From positions 186,001 to 250,000 of the forward strand of contig LSRY02000041.1 of assembly GCA_001643675.2 (NCBI GenBank): DNA of 64,000 bases, written 5' to 3'. The notes beneath the pieces were generated by a model that did not search any database, was not told the DNA's origin, and worked only from the letters and a program-made list of their open reading frames with translations. Made by a program: the position numbers and the translations under genes. Shown one piece after another: positions 46,148-58,700 of this stretch. The stretch comes from Monocercomonoides exilis PA203 (taxonomy: Eukaryota; Protista; Preaxostyla). The number at the start of each line of letters is the position of its first letter. The first letter of the stretch is position 1.

Positions 46148-48331
46148 TTGCAGCGTGATCGATTCTGGCGCTTGCATCAGCACCTCTGCGGACCTCTGCG
46201 AAGCTGTCGTTCTCATCATCACCACATCACATGCATACGTCCTCACCTCATGCATCTTCTCTTACTCCACATACTTCATCGCCTTCCGCCCTTCCTTATT
46301 CACCTCCCACTCTTCGCTCACAACATACAAAAACTCCGGCACAACCTAATGCTTTATCTCCATTCGTTTCCCCAAGCCATTCAACTCCAGCCCTTGTTTC
46401 CTCTCTTTCCTATTCCTTCCTCTTCCTCTTCCTCTTCTTCTTCTTCTTCTGTTTCTTCTTCTTCTTCTTCTCGTTCTCATTCATTTTATTCTTCTTCTTT
46501 TTCTTCTTTCTCTTCTCATTCTCCTTCTTCTCCTCTTCCTCCTCCTTATCCAAATTCATCATCGTCTTTTTCCTCTTCCTCTTCAACATCCAACTTCTCC
46601 TCCCACTCTGCCTCTTCCCATGCTGAAGTGCTTAACAAGACTCAAACTCTTTCTTGTTCTCCATTGAAGCTGATGCAATACATATCACCAATCAACCCTT
46701 CTTCTCTGCCCCGAGTTCCTTTGCAGCCGTCTTCTGTTCCGACCCGCTGGAATTCGAGTGTGCTTTCGTCGTCTGCATCTTTCAACCGCTTCTCTTCTGC
46801 CTCTGCTTCATTCAGCACATCCGAGAAGAGGCCTGTTCAGACACAAACACAGCAGACATTCGATGACGTGAGGCTGGTTGTGCAGACGGGAAAAATACTC
46901 CAAACAGCTCAGAATGCAAACTCTGTAAATAATGGTTCGAATAATTCCACTTCTTCCTCTCAGACATCTTCTGCTTCGAATACTCAGCTGCAGTCACCCA
47001 GGCAGCCCAACAAGACACTAATTCCTGTGTCCCCCACTCCCACTCGCATAACAATACAAACAGTGAATGAATCTTCAATCACTCCAACCGGAAAAGGAGG
47101 AGAAAATATTCAGTTGCAGTCCGTGAACTCTGCGCTCAGTGTGATATCGACAAACAAGACGAAAGGATCGATAAATTTGACACTTGGAACTCAATCTACT
47201 CAAATGCCACTTGGAAATTTAGCGTCTTCATCCTCCTCCTCCCCTTCTTCTTCCTCTTCCTCTACTACTTCTTCAATATCTACTTCATCTTCATTGACAG
47301 TTTCCGCCTTTGCCTCTATCTCAGCCACTTCCCCCATCTTCCTTGTACTCTCCATCACTCAAACAACCACGTCAATAGCACGCACACACTCATCAACAGC
47401 TCACCGCGTTGAAATAAGCACCTCAAACACTCCATTTTCTACCACTTTTGCGTTAGCCACGCTTCACTCTTTCTTTGATGACACATCGTATTCTGTGTCT
47501 GCATCACTGTTGGCTCCGACGATTGTGCTTGGGGGATCTTCAATTGCGTTTATTGCATCATCATCATCTTCTTCTTCGTCGAAGTCTTTTTCCCTTTCAC
47601 CTTTATCTTCCTCTGCTTCTTCTTCCTTGGCCTCTCTGACTTCTCCAACATCTCTCGCTTCCTCCTCTTTCTCTGCTCTTCTTTCCTTCTCTCAGCCCAT
47701 CCGGCAGATGTCCACATCCACCTCGTCTGGCCCTGCACTCACCAGACAACCTCAGCCTTCATCTCAGTCTCAGTCTCAGTCTCAATCTCAATCGTTGTCT
47801 TCCTCTTTGAACACGAACTCTCTCCTCACCCGCATATCCTCAGCCACATCGCAGCATTCACTCACACAGGCAAGCTCTCCCTTGCATCAGTCTCATTTGG
47901 CTCAGCCAGAAAGCCTCCAACAATCTGCTGCTGTTGCAGCCCCAACAACCTCATCAAACTTACCAGCTGCAGTCACTTCGTCTGTTATAATCTCCACCAC
48001 TTCCTCCTCATCTCTTTCATCAGCTCTGTCTGCTCCTCTTTCCTTCTCCACTGCTGATGCCCCACCGCTTCTCATTGGAACATACTCTTTATCTTCACAC
48101 ACCTCGTCGCAGAAGCGCTTCTTCTATTCGCCTCTTCGTCTGTTCAAATCCACCACTCTTCTTGACGATGTGCCACCTCCGATGCCTTCGTCCCATTCGT
48201 CGCACAAGTGCTCTTCTTCTTCGCATCAGGAGATGATGTGGTCGATGGAGCTGCACAAACACCGTAAAGCCAATGATACAAGCACATCGATGAGCAACTT
48301 GTCAGAACACACGCATTTGACATTCAGCTAA
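46148..48331 (+). pseudogene. Ser/Thr-rich coding-like segment, probably a fragment or chimera
   Basis: 727-codon open frame with host-like poly-Ser composition, no clear start and no recognisable domain. Confidence 0.4.
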
Positions 48332-49000
48332 AAGCAGGTGCTTCCAGAGATGCATGTGCTGAGGCTGATGAAGAGAGAGAAGAAGAGGAATGTGACAGAT
48401 GAGATATTTGAGATGATGAGGAGGATGTGTTGAAGGAACAGACACTCAAAAAATTGAAATTGAAGATGACGAAGAAGAAGAAGAAACAAAATTGTGATGA
48501 AGATCTTCTGCTGCCATCTTCAATGCCATGGGAGCATCCATAGGAACAACCGCTGAGAAAGCGTGGTCGGTTAGAAATGGTGTTCGAAGCATCACAGCCG
48601 TATACACCAATCATCTGCACAGCATTCGACTGTCTTATCTAAATAAACTCCTCTTCTGAACCGAGACTCTTGTCTGACGTGTTGAATGAATCCTGCACCG
48701 ATCCTTCTGCACCTCTGCCTCCATTCACTCACCTTGTCATATCAGCTGCGTCTCCGGATCTGGTTCCCCGTCAAACACACTCCCAAACGCATGTACTCAC
48801 GTCGTCACTGCACAATTGGTTAGAATCTTCTTCACATCACCTACTTCTGCTCCTTCTCTAATCTGCCGTGAAGCTTCAATTCCCTTCTCCGTTGTGAACT
48901 TCACCTTCACTGAATCATCCATGTGCAATATCTTACGACGCTGTCACTCCACAGCACAGCAGCCGCGGCTTCATCTCAATGTGCGCATTCGCATGGCGGA

Positions 49001-50580
49001 TTAGCTCATCTTGGTTATTAAAATACCACAAACAGGCTCGTGCTCCTCTGCTATGTACATGAAACGTTCGACAAGCTCACAAAACTTGTCTGCCAAGTCT
49101 TCTTCAATCGTGTGCTTCATCCATGCCACCCCACTGTTGCATATAGCACCAGAATCTCGCACAGCTCCAGAAACGACTGCTTCTTCTGTGTTGTGCTTCT
49201 GCTGTGTTTCCGTTCGTTGATTCTCGACGCTGCACGACTTCTTGGCTGCAGCATCTTCAGCTCGTCCAGCATCGTCACCGACTGCCCATCTGCAATGCAC
49301 CGCTTCATTATCCACGCGCTCCCCTTTAGCATCGGCACACAGATCATCAGCCCGCCACCAGATTAAACAGCAACGAGTTTTCAGCTCTTCTGCCTTCGCT
49401 CGACCTCTCCTCCCCTTTTCTTTTCTTCTTCTTCTTCCTTTCGTCGTCCTCTTCTTTTTTTTTCAACAAAACAAACAACTTTCTTCCCCAGCTTCCTCAT
49501 CGGATTTGTCTTGTTTCTCATTCATCTCCAAACCATTTTTCGACATTTCCACCTGTCCCTCATCTTTCTTTACTCCATCTGAAGAAATGCCCAAAGACCC
49601 ATCTGCTGCTTCTTCTTCAACTCTCCTATTCCCTTTTTAAATGCCACTGGACAGAGAAGAACTGCACACTTCTGGTTCAACTGAATGCTGCTGGTCTGCA
49701 CCCACCTCAGCATCAGCCTTCACAAACCTCAGCCCACTCAGCCCAAGCGCCTCTACAACCAGCGGCGCAATCGCTTCTTCCAGCTTCCCCTGGTTCTCTT
49801 TTATTCTCTCCACAAACTCTCTGTGCGCTGTCGGATACCCGCCTTTCTCCTCATTCCCATCACCTCCCTCTCTCCCTCCATCTTTGCCTCCATCTTCTTC
49901 TCCCTTTTCTTCTCCCCTTTTGCCTCCCTTTTCTCCTTCCTCTGCCTCTTCCCGCTCCTCCAGCACAGCCAGCTCAATCGCTGCTGGCGACTGAACCACA
50001 TCTTCCATCTTCAACCTTATTGCCTCCAACACTTTCTCCACAATCTCCCCTTCTTCACACACTGCAACCTCTCACCCCATCACTTCGTCGTCCAGCTTCA
50101 CCATTAATTACACTTCTCCAACGGAAGCAGCAACTATTCAAACAGATCGCAGATCGAAGGGAATGCATTCACATCTACCGCCGCAAAGATCCGCTTGCTC
50201 CCAGACTTTGTACCCGCCGACGCTGCAAGCAACGGAAGCGTCCCCACCAGCGGAACCGAAATCATCTCCGAAAGCACCACATAACAGATGCACATGCACA
50301 ACACCCCCATTCAGCACCGCAAGCCGCTCCACAACATATCACCGCAGCTTCTACAGCGCCCGATGCGACAGCAGCAGCTGCAGCGACAGCGGCATGTGCC
50401 TCCCATACACTCCAGCCTCCTCAGGCACCACAATCTGCAGCCGACTCTCGAAGTCGTCCATCGCTGCTGCAGAAGTGTATGAAGCCATCACCTCCAAGGC
50501 ATCCGAAGGATCAATCGTAAGCTCCGATAATGATGGCTACTCATTCTCTGAAGATTTTTTCTCTTCGCTTTTCCTCCTGC
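49001..50580 (-). pseudogene. IQCH: IQCH-like pseudogene fragment A (middle region)
   Basis: Minus-strand translation through stops and frameshifts: SRLQIVVPEEAGVYGRHMPLSLQLLLSHRAL*KLR...VPLVG..TKSGSKRIFAAVDV...KLDDEVMG, collinear with the IQCH ATP-grasp-like region. Confidence 0.75.
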
Positions 50581-51547
50581 TGAATGGAGAAGAAGACAAA
50601 GAAAACAAAAAGTAATGAGAGAAGATATGACTGCTGTGCTGCCCCGGACACAAGAAGGTTGATGAGAAATTTCCCATCACGTCAGCCAGAAGTTACACCA
50701 GAAGCACATGCAATATCTTCATTCTTATCAGAATTGTTTACTAGCAAAGAAAACACGATTTTTTAATGGTATTTCAAATGTTTAAAGAAGGATATTTTTC
50801 CATTATTTGTCAATATTAAATGAAAGGGATAAGGAAAAGGCACATACTGAGAAGTTTGAAACTTGTTGAAACAGATTGTTTGAATTAAAATATTAGAAGA
50901 GACTGAATTTTTGAGTTTATCAAAAACGGAGATTTATTGAAAAAATCATATATCAAACTTCAATTCTTTATAATAACATTAATAATTGTCTATGTTAACA
51001 ACTTTTTGAATAACTTTCGATTGTTACGAGTGAAGTTTTGATGAATTTTTCATGTTTGATAATTTCTAATAAAAAAATTCAAGAATTCAAGCAAATTAAT
51101 TTTGTTTGGTTCACAACAAAAGAAAATAATAAAAACTTAGATAGCATCCGTAAATTCATAACGAATATTCGAACTAATGAAATGAAATTGAAGAAATTAA
51201 AACTTATCTAACATTTGATTCAAATAGCTCGTAAGCAATAGCAAACAAAAGAAAATTCTATTTTATTATCAACGTTCGATATGTTATCATCAGATTTATG
51301 AAATGTTTTTCTATGATAAGATGAAAAAACTGACAATATAAAATAATTGTCAATAAATGATGGGAACGGAATGATCACTATTTTTTGATCATTTTTGATC
51401 TGATTTTCAGATCAGTTAAACGTTTGCGACTTTTCAAAAAGAATGACCCATATTTTTTTAAAGAAAAAATTTTAATTTAACAGGTGTCTCAAAAACAAAG
51501 GTGTTGGATTTTGAAGAATAGCCAGGAATGCTTTTTTCAATTCACAC

Positions 51548-51789
51548 TGGATGATTCTTTTTGAAAAATCACAAATGTTTTATTTTCTAATAAATCTTAA
51601 ATTTCATATTTTGCAAAATATTTTGTTAACAAATATCAAACTTCACTAAAATGGAATCTTAAACTTGATAAAACTATTTCCAACATTCTTAAGGAGATTT
51701 GAAAGCTAAAACAAAAATTTGAGCAAAATATGAAAATTTTGAAGTATTTGAAAATTAAACATTCGTGACTTTTCAAAAAGAATTACCCA
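51548..51789. mobile_element. MITE family T, ~240 bp
   Basis: TIRs TGGATGATTCTTTTTGAAAAATCACAAATGTTT / TGGGTAATTCTTTTTGAAAAGTCACGAATGTTT; CAC on both flanks. Confidence 0.8.
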
Positions 51790-52249
51790 CACTTATATTT
51801 TTTTTTTCTTTCGCTATTGGGAAGCAAATGGAATGGGAATTGAAATGTTTTCCAGCTCCTTCAACACTCCCAACGGCTTTGATACACTGAGGTGTGGTTC
51901 AGACATTTATCTTTGAGCATCATTTTTTCAAGGCACTCCGAACATCAATCCCGGTTCAGCAGACAAGACGCTTGCTTTTGAGTCATCGGCACTCATCCAA
52001 AACGAATTTGATCTAAAAATCTTTCGCAGCATCATCAAGCAGCTCTGAAAAAGCAACATTCAAATAATCATCAGTCGCACTTGATGGCACCTGCCGATGA
52101 GCTGTCATAAGCACAGACACATAAATCTTCATCGATACTGGTTATTCTGTTGTCATGAATGCCTTTCTTCATTTCTCCATGCTCGATTCTTCCTTCATTC
52201 CTCGGGATCGGCTTTTGCTCTTCAGAAAGACGTTTGCCCCACTCGGCTC

Positions 52250-52665
52250 TCTTCAGATTGAAGGCTCACTTGATTGTTGAAGGAGGCAGCGTACAGATGG
52301 AAGTGTGTGTGTTTGGTGCTTTTGCTCCCTCTTTGTCTCTCCTGTGCATCAGTGGCTCTCTGGAAACGAATGCAACAGAATTACAAGGGAATCATGCCTT
52401 GGGATGTGATGACGGCGTACTGATAAGAGTGATTCTTCCGAGCAAATGCCATTTGAGGTCATCTGTGTGCGAGTTCAGCCAATGTGAGTGCAACAAGAAG
52501 ACAGGCAAAAGAAATGTACTGAATATGGAAAGCACAAACAAAGATGCAGCAAAGCAATATTCCTTGTCGAGGCAGTCACCTTTGCAAGCAACAATGCATC
52601 CAAAGGCAAAAATACGGGTGATTATTTTTGAAACCAATTTTTCTCCATTATCAATTTCGATTTGA
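52250..52665 (+). pseudogene. Degenerate fragment of the surface-protein family
   Basis: LIVEGGSVQMEVCVF...CEFSQCECNKKTGK...SPLQATMHPKAKI resembles the beta-helix modules. Confidence 0.45.
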
Positions 52666-55600
52666 GAAATCATTTTTAATGCATTAAAGTCAAAACTGAA
52701 AAGTTTTAACTTTTTTCAATAAAAACTTTTTCTTGTGAAAAAGTATAAATATCTATAATATTAGCAATCATAGAACAATTTTTCTTTAGTGCGAATTATT
52801 CCTCTCAAAAGAAATATAAAATTTGAAGAATCTACAAGTCGAAAAAAATTATGATTTTCGAATTATCACCCATAAATTTGTGGACTGCTTCAATATCAGT
52901 GTGAGTGTCACCACAGCCACTTTCCACTTCCCGTACAAACTGTTTTTCAATGATCCGCATGCGTTTGTGGGAAGCTACCAAACATTTGTTGAAACTTATC
53001 TGTTCCAATTCCTTGTTCCACACACATCCAGCAAGTTCCACCTGTCCGATGCAGAAGTCGAAATTGCTCGACACTGAAAGCCAATCGATCCCTGCTGATC
53101 CTTTGCGACTGGCTTTGAGTGCATGGATGCCTCAGCTGTGCACAAAATGATCAGCATCAATTGCTCAACAGCCATCAGCCTTCCAGCAAAATTGATGAAC
53201 TTCACCTGCCACTCGTTGCACAGCGAGGAATCAGTGTGATCAATGTTGCTGTTCTAGGAAGACAGCCAGAAATCAAATCCATTCCTTCCGAACAGTTGGA
53301 GCCTCTCCCTTTCATGGATCTCCATCCAATTATCAGATGGGTTTATTAACGAAGTCAATGCAATCATTCTCAGCAATCAGGGTTCATTGCTTCTGGAAAC
53401 GTTTTTTTTGACTCATACACAATTATCACTGAGCAAGGTGTTTAACCTTTGCTGCTATGGAAGTGGAAAATCTCGTATGAACGAAGTTAGATTAAACAAA
53501 CATCCATCTCATGTGCTCAATGTTTCTGTAACATGAAGGATCTGCAAGCTTATTCGATGCCATCTAATTTCTTCATGCAGCCTATCCAACTGCTCACTTG
53601 TCGAAGCGTAATGCAGTACTAACCGCGCTCCCAATCACCCTTCATCAATTTCCATTTTCAGATCGACTTTGGTGGATATGTGGCAAACAGCGAACAAGTC
53701 GTCTGTTGTTTGGGGCAGTGGAGAAGATGGTGTTGAAGTTGTTGTGAACAAGACAAATGAGGAGTGGTGCAGGTCTGTCAGCGCAGAAAAGAGCGGTTCC
53801 GTGCATTATTAATTGATCAGCTTGAAATAGGTTATAATACTTCATCTTGGCATTAATCCTGTGGATGGACTTCACTGAAACAGCTAATGCTCATAGTATA
53901 TGAAATATATTTTCGCAATGGAAAAAAATGAATCTGAACATATAAACAATTAACAAATCCACTTTTTAACTGAAAGAAGTTTTCAAACTATTCTATTAGT
54001 CGAATTGCATGAGATGTTTAAAGATAATGAAATTTATTTATTTCCATTTGGACTTTTTGTTCGTGCAAACATAGAAATAAAAAAGAAATTACTTTGCTCA
54101 CTGGCCAGCAATTGGATGAGAATGCTTCAATGAAAACGGCTTTTTTGTTTTATAACTGTTTCAATCGAAAAATAAAAGATAATCATTTCTAAAAATCAAA
54201 AAAGATTACTGAAGATTCTGATACAAGATGATTTCAAAATTTTGAAAAATATCTTCATATGCATTATCAGTCAGTTTGGTGCACAACCTTTTCAACACGA
54301 AATGATCGTTCAAATGAAAAGAAGAAAAAATCAACATTTTCAAAAAATATGTGGGGGAAAATATGGACTTTCAAGCTTTTTATGCACGACTCGTCAAAAA
54401 AAATTTTATTGCATATTTGCAAGGATTTCACAAAGTTGAATAAAACAATCCATGTTTTTCGGGCGGCTCATTCTTTGTTCAAATGTTACTGAACATTTAT
54501 AAATTTTGATCATTTCCCACAAAAGATCAGAAATTTGATTATTTCAAAACACGATGAAAAATATAAAAATCCACTCTTGGAAACTTATTAATTCTTTTTA
54601 ATATCGCAAAAAAGATTCAAAAAGTCTGGAAATAATTTCTAAGTGCAAAAATGAATAATTAGTGGGATATGATCTACCAACGAAAATATTGTCCAATTGC
54701 CTATGTGTCAATAGTGAAAACAAAGTGATGAAATGCACAACAAGATGAAAGTCAATTTTCATCAAAAATATCAGAACGAGCAGAAAGCAACAAGTACTGC
54801 ATTCTTCGTTTCTGGGATTGATCTTTTCATTTTGCTATCATTTGATTCATTTGGTGTTGGGGCCAAACGGTAATTCCTTCATCACCTACATAACCTCTTC
54901 ACATTTCAACTGTCGACCTGAAAAACCACTGTTCCATTTGCGCTTTCACCGATTAAGGTGAGCATTTTTGGTTGGTTCACCTTTCTGATCCGAATATGGA
55001 TATCGTGCTTATGCTTCTGATGGAGCTTCTGTCTGATATGAAGATTTATCTCAAAAAAGAGTCTTGTAGAAAAATCATCTCATTAATCGCCTCTTCTTTT
55101 GGTATTTTCAAATTCTTCATCTTCTTCATAATCTTTCTCTTTATCCTCCCCTTCTTCTTCGCAATACGCAACAAACCTCTTCTTTTCGCCATTTCAGATG
55201 CAAAGAAAAGGGGTAAGTCAGATGCATCGATATCGAAGGATGAATATTCTTCACTTCCTCTCACACTTCATACGCAAAGATTGTCAATAATGACTGCTTC
55301 ATTCGCATGGGAAGGAATGATGAACATTATCAAATTCCTTTGAAGATTTCTTAGTGGGATGCATGTGGTATTTTTGCAAGTCAAAAGAAGCCATCACAAT
55401 GAGCTCGAGAAGCAATGTTGAGGAAACACTTTGATTAAGCTCACTCTTTTGATCAAAAGTGTAATGTTACAGAACAATTAGAAGTTCTCAAAGATGCTTT
55501 TTCGCTCAACTTGTGATTGCACTTTTGTGAAAATGTCTGTTTTGATGGATATTGAATTATAAAGGAAGCAGAGCTTAGGGCTGTGGAAGTGAATTATTTT

Positions 55601-55707
55601 CTACGAAACAAAAATATGCCTGGTCTGCTGCGGATTTCGTTCGTAATTGCACATCTGGTGTCTGAATCTCCGTAGTAGATGCGTACTGAGAGACGAAACG
55701 AAGCGAA

Positions 55708-57525
55708 AAAGTGATGGAGCAAGGGGTTGCAGTGTGCGAAGTGGGAGAGATTGTTGAGAAGGGGCTGTCGGCAGCGGGGCTGAGGATGGAGGATGTGGTT
55801 CTGTTACCAGCAGCGATTGCACTGGCGGCGCTGGAGGAGCGAGAAGAGGCAAAGGAATGTGAAGGGAATGAGGAGAAAGGCGGGTATCCGACAGCTCACA
55901 GAGAGTTTGTGGAGAGAATCAAAGAGAACCAGGGGAAGCTGGAAGAAGCGATTGCGCAGCTGGTTGTGGAGGCGCTTGGGCTGGTTTGGCTGAGGTTTAT
56001 GAAGGTGAAGACACATCCAGAGGCAGACAAGCAGCATTCAGTGGAATCTGAAATGTGCAGTTCTTCTCCATCTGATGGCATTCAGCAGGAGAACAGGAAA
56101 GCAGCAGAAGAAGCAACAGATATGTCTTTGGGTATAACTTCAGATGGAAGTGCAGATGGAGTGAGAAAAGATGTGGAACAGGTGGAAATGTCTATGAATG
56201 GTCTGGAGATGAATGAGGAGCAAGGAAAAGAGGGCAGCTCCATTGATTTGGAGAAGGAAGAGGAAGAAGAAGAAGAAGAGGGGTAGATTCTGGATGTGGA
56301 ATCGCTGCTGAGTGTTCCTGCGCACCCGGAGTGTGTGACGCTGGTTGACGAGAGTGCGTATGGGAGCTGGCGGGACTATCTGGTGACGATGACGGTGACG
56401 GGGGCGCTGGTGGAGCTGTGTGCGGAGCGGGAGCGGATTGTGGGGAAGCCTGTTGTGGAAGGGATGATACAGCCGGACGGGACGATGAGCATCACGTTTA
56501 TTGGGGAGAGGCTGTTTGGGAGGAGAGAGAAGAGAAGAGAAGGGTGTGTGGGTATAGGTTGGGGTATGGGGGTGGGTGGAGGTGGATGTTTGGCATCAGA
56601 TGGAGTGTCGTTGCATTTGAGCTCGGACAGGCAGAGAGAGAGGATGGACGAGTTTGTTGCGATAGTGGCGGTTGTGCCGCAGGAAAGTGTGCCGTCGATT
56701 GCTCTGCGGGATGCGACGTATGCGATTGGGCAAATGTGCCACGGGAAAGGGATGATTGGGGTGTTTAGTGTTTCGTATTGTGTGTTTGTGGACGAGTGGG
56801 AGTCGCTGCGGATGTGTGCGGTGGATCTTTCGGTGGGCCCGCTGGCAGCGTCGTCGGCGTTCCGGTGGATGTCGTATCTGCTGCAGGGGGGCATTGAGAT
56901 CGCGTCTGGAAACTACCTCCTTCCGCGCCGCGGCGGCACTGCTGCTTTGCATGTGCTTGCTCCGTTCTCTGATTCTGTGCACTCTGCCTCTGCTCGGCCT
57001 CAGGGCTGTTCGAGCGGAGCACACAGGTCGGCCTCGCCGCGCCAGGTGGAACGTGTGGAGAGAGTGTCTGCTCAGGCGGCGTGTGGCTCAGCCAGCGCCT
57101 CTGCACAGGCGTGTGCCTGTCTCCCTCCAGCAGCGACACGCAGCTTTGTGATAGTGCAGCCGTTCTACCAGTCGGAGCTGTCGCGTGTGCCGCACAAGCA
57201 GTTCTTTTCTAACTGCCGGGAGCACAACATGACGTTTGATTTTGAGGGGAAGTGCGGTGTTCTGTTCCAGCTGTCCGGGCATCTCATCGCGAGGGTTGTT
57301 GGGTTTGTTGCGTGCGAGCTGTTGGTGGATCTTGGAGTGCGGACAGCGATGCGAGCGCAGGAGAAGGTGGAAGTACAGATGCTGCACTGTGCGTTTGTTT
57401 CTGCGCTGAGCTGTGAAGACAAGAAAAGGATGGAAAAGTGGATACGTGGAGAGAATGGGGCTATTTCAAGAGGGACTGTGCTGGGGAGGTTGAACTTTGT
57501 TGGAAATGGAATTGAGAAAAGCTGA
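55708..57525 (+). pseudogene. IQCH: IQCH-like pseudogene fragment B (C-terminal region), 5' truncated, in-frame TAG at 56284
   Basis: YGSWRDYL...GALVE...IQPDG...VVPQESVP...IGQMCHGKGMIGVFSV..CVFVD...RSFVI...FFSNCREHNMTFD..GKCGVLF follows the IQCH C-terminal domain. Confidence 0.85.
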
Positions 57526-58248
57526 AGAGAGAAAAAGAAAAAGGAGACTTGGCAAAAGCAGGTCTTCATGGCTTGTTACGCATTAGCGCTTAAGTCAATC
57601 TGATTGTTAATTATGGTCAGCTTCAAGTTTGTTCCATTTTCATTTAAACTTTCTTTGTTATTTTTATGTTAACCATCGTTATGAAGGAGATTTTGTTCTT
57701 ATGTGTATTGTTTTATGTTTTGCATCAATTGAATTGTTTTCATTTAAATTGAATGAACGATGTTTTTTGTGATCCATATTCCAATTTATGCACATGGAAT
57801 ATTAAATAATCCGATTTTCATATTTGTTGATGCTTTTTGTTGAACATGAAGATGTCCTTTCAACTATCATTATCCTTTGAAAAGTTTCGTTAGCGATTGG
57901 ATTTGTCATATTTCAAAGGTTAATACTGACAAAAAATCACAGATGATAACACCAAAACAAATAATACCATGAAAATTATTTGAAATGAAGTTGCTTTGAG
58001 TGAAGTGGATGATTATGCTGAAGTGAACTTTGCATTCCAAAGAATAAAATATTTGCTCATTCTTCTTTTGTGTATTCATGAACATTGCTTGTCCTCAAGC
58101 GCTTCTCCGTTTCTTTGAAGGTGTTAATCAGCTTGTGAGCTATTTCAATTATAAATCAATCAGCAAATGAGAAAATAATATATGATAAGAGTTTGAATGA
58201 ATTTGTTGAAGATATAAATATGTAAAATATTAAAAATATTTGAATTTT

Positions 58249-58700
58249 TTATGCATTTACACACAAATAAAAACTTTCTATCATTTTCGCTTGCTTCAAT
58301 CGCTGCTCTCTAAGATCCGCAAATAAATCGTCCTTGTTCATTGCAATCATCTTCAGCAGCACAGATTCCTTCAACGTCCAAGTCCCATGTTTCCCTTCGC
58401 TTCCATCTCCTTTTTTCAGTTTCTCCGGAATATATCGATTTGAAAATTTTTTCCGAAGCCTTTTCAGTTCACTGAATTTATCTTTCATCAACTTCCAGTA
58501 CAGCGGATTCACTGCTTCCACAATGAATGAAATGTCGGCTGCTTTGACATAACAAGCCTTATCATCGCATCTCAGCACACATAATTTGGATGCGCTGCGT
58601 TTGAAAACAATATGCGTGCTGCTGTTGCTGCTTCTAAATGCTGGTTGGTTAATAGTACTGTCGTATTTCACTTGTTCAGAGCAGCTATCGGAGCAATATA
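58249..58700 (-). pseudogene. Unidentified coding-like fragment
   Basis: ~150 open codons with protein-like composition (LCVLRCDDKACYV...HGTWTLKESVLLKMIA); no start or family recognised. Confidence 0.35.

Larger units (their letters stand above)
44345..51450. mobile_element. Candidate 7.1-kb cargo-carrying TIR element (family T)
   Basis: Perfect inverted GGGTCATTCTTTTTGAAAAGTCGC at 44346-44369 and 51426-51449, ATAT outside both; interior consists of host-gene fragments. Confidence 0.6.

Noticed and set aside
52820-53880. Reverse transcriptase or SDR remnant
   Set aside because: Coding-like composition but many stops, and no YxDD or YxxxK/GxxxGxG motif could be read; left unassigned.
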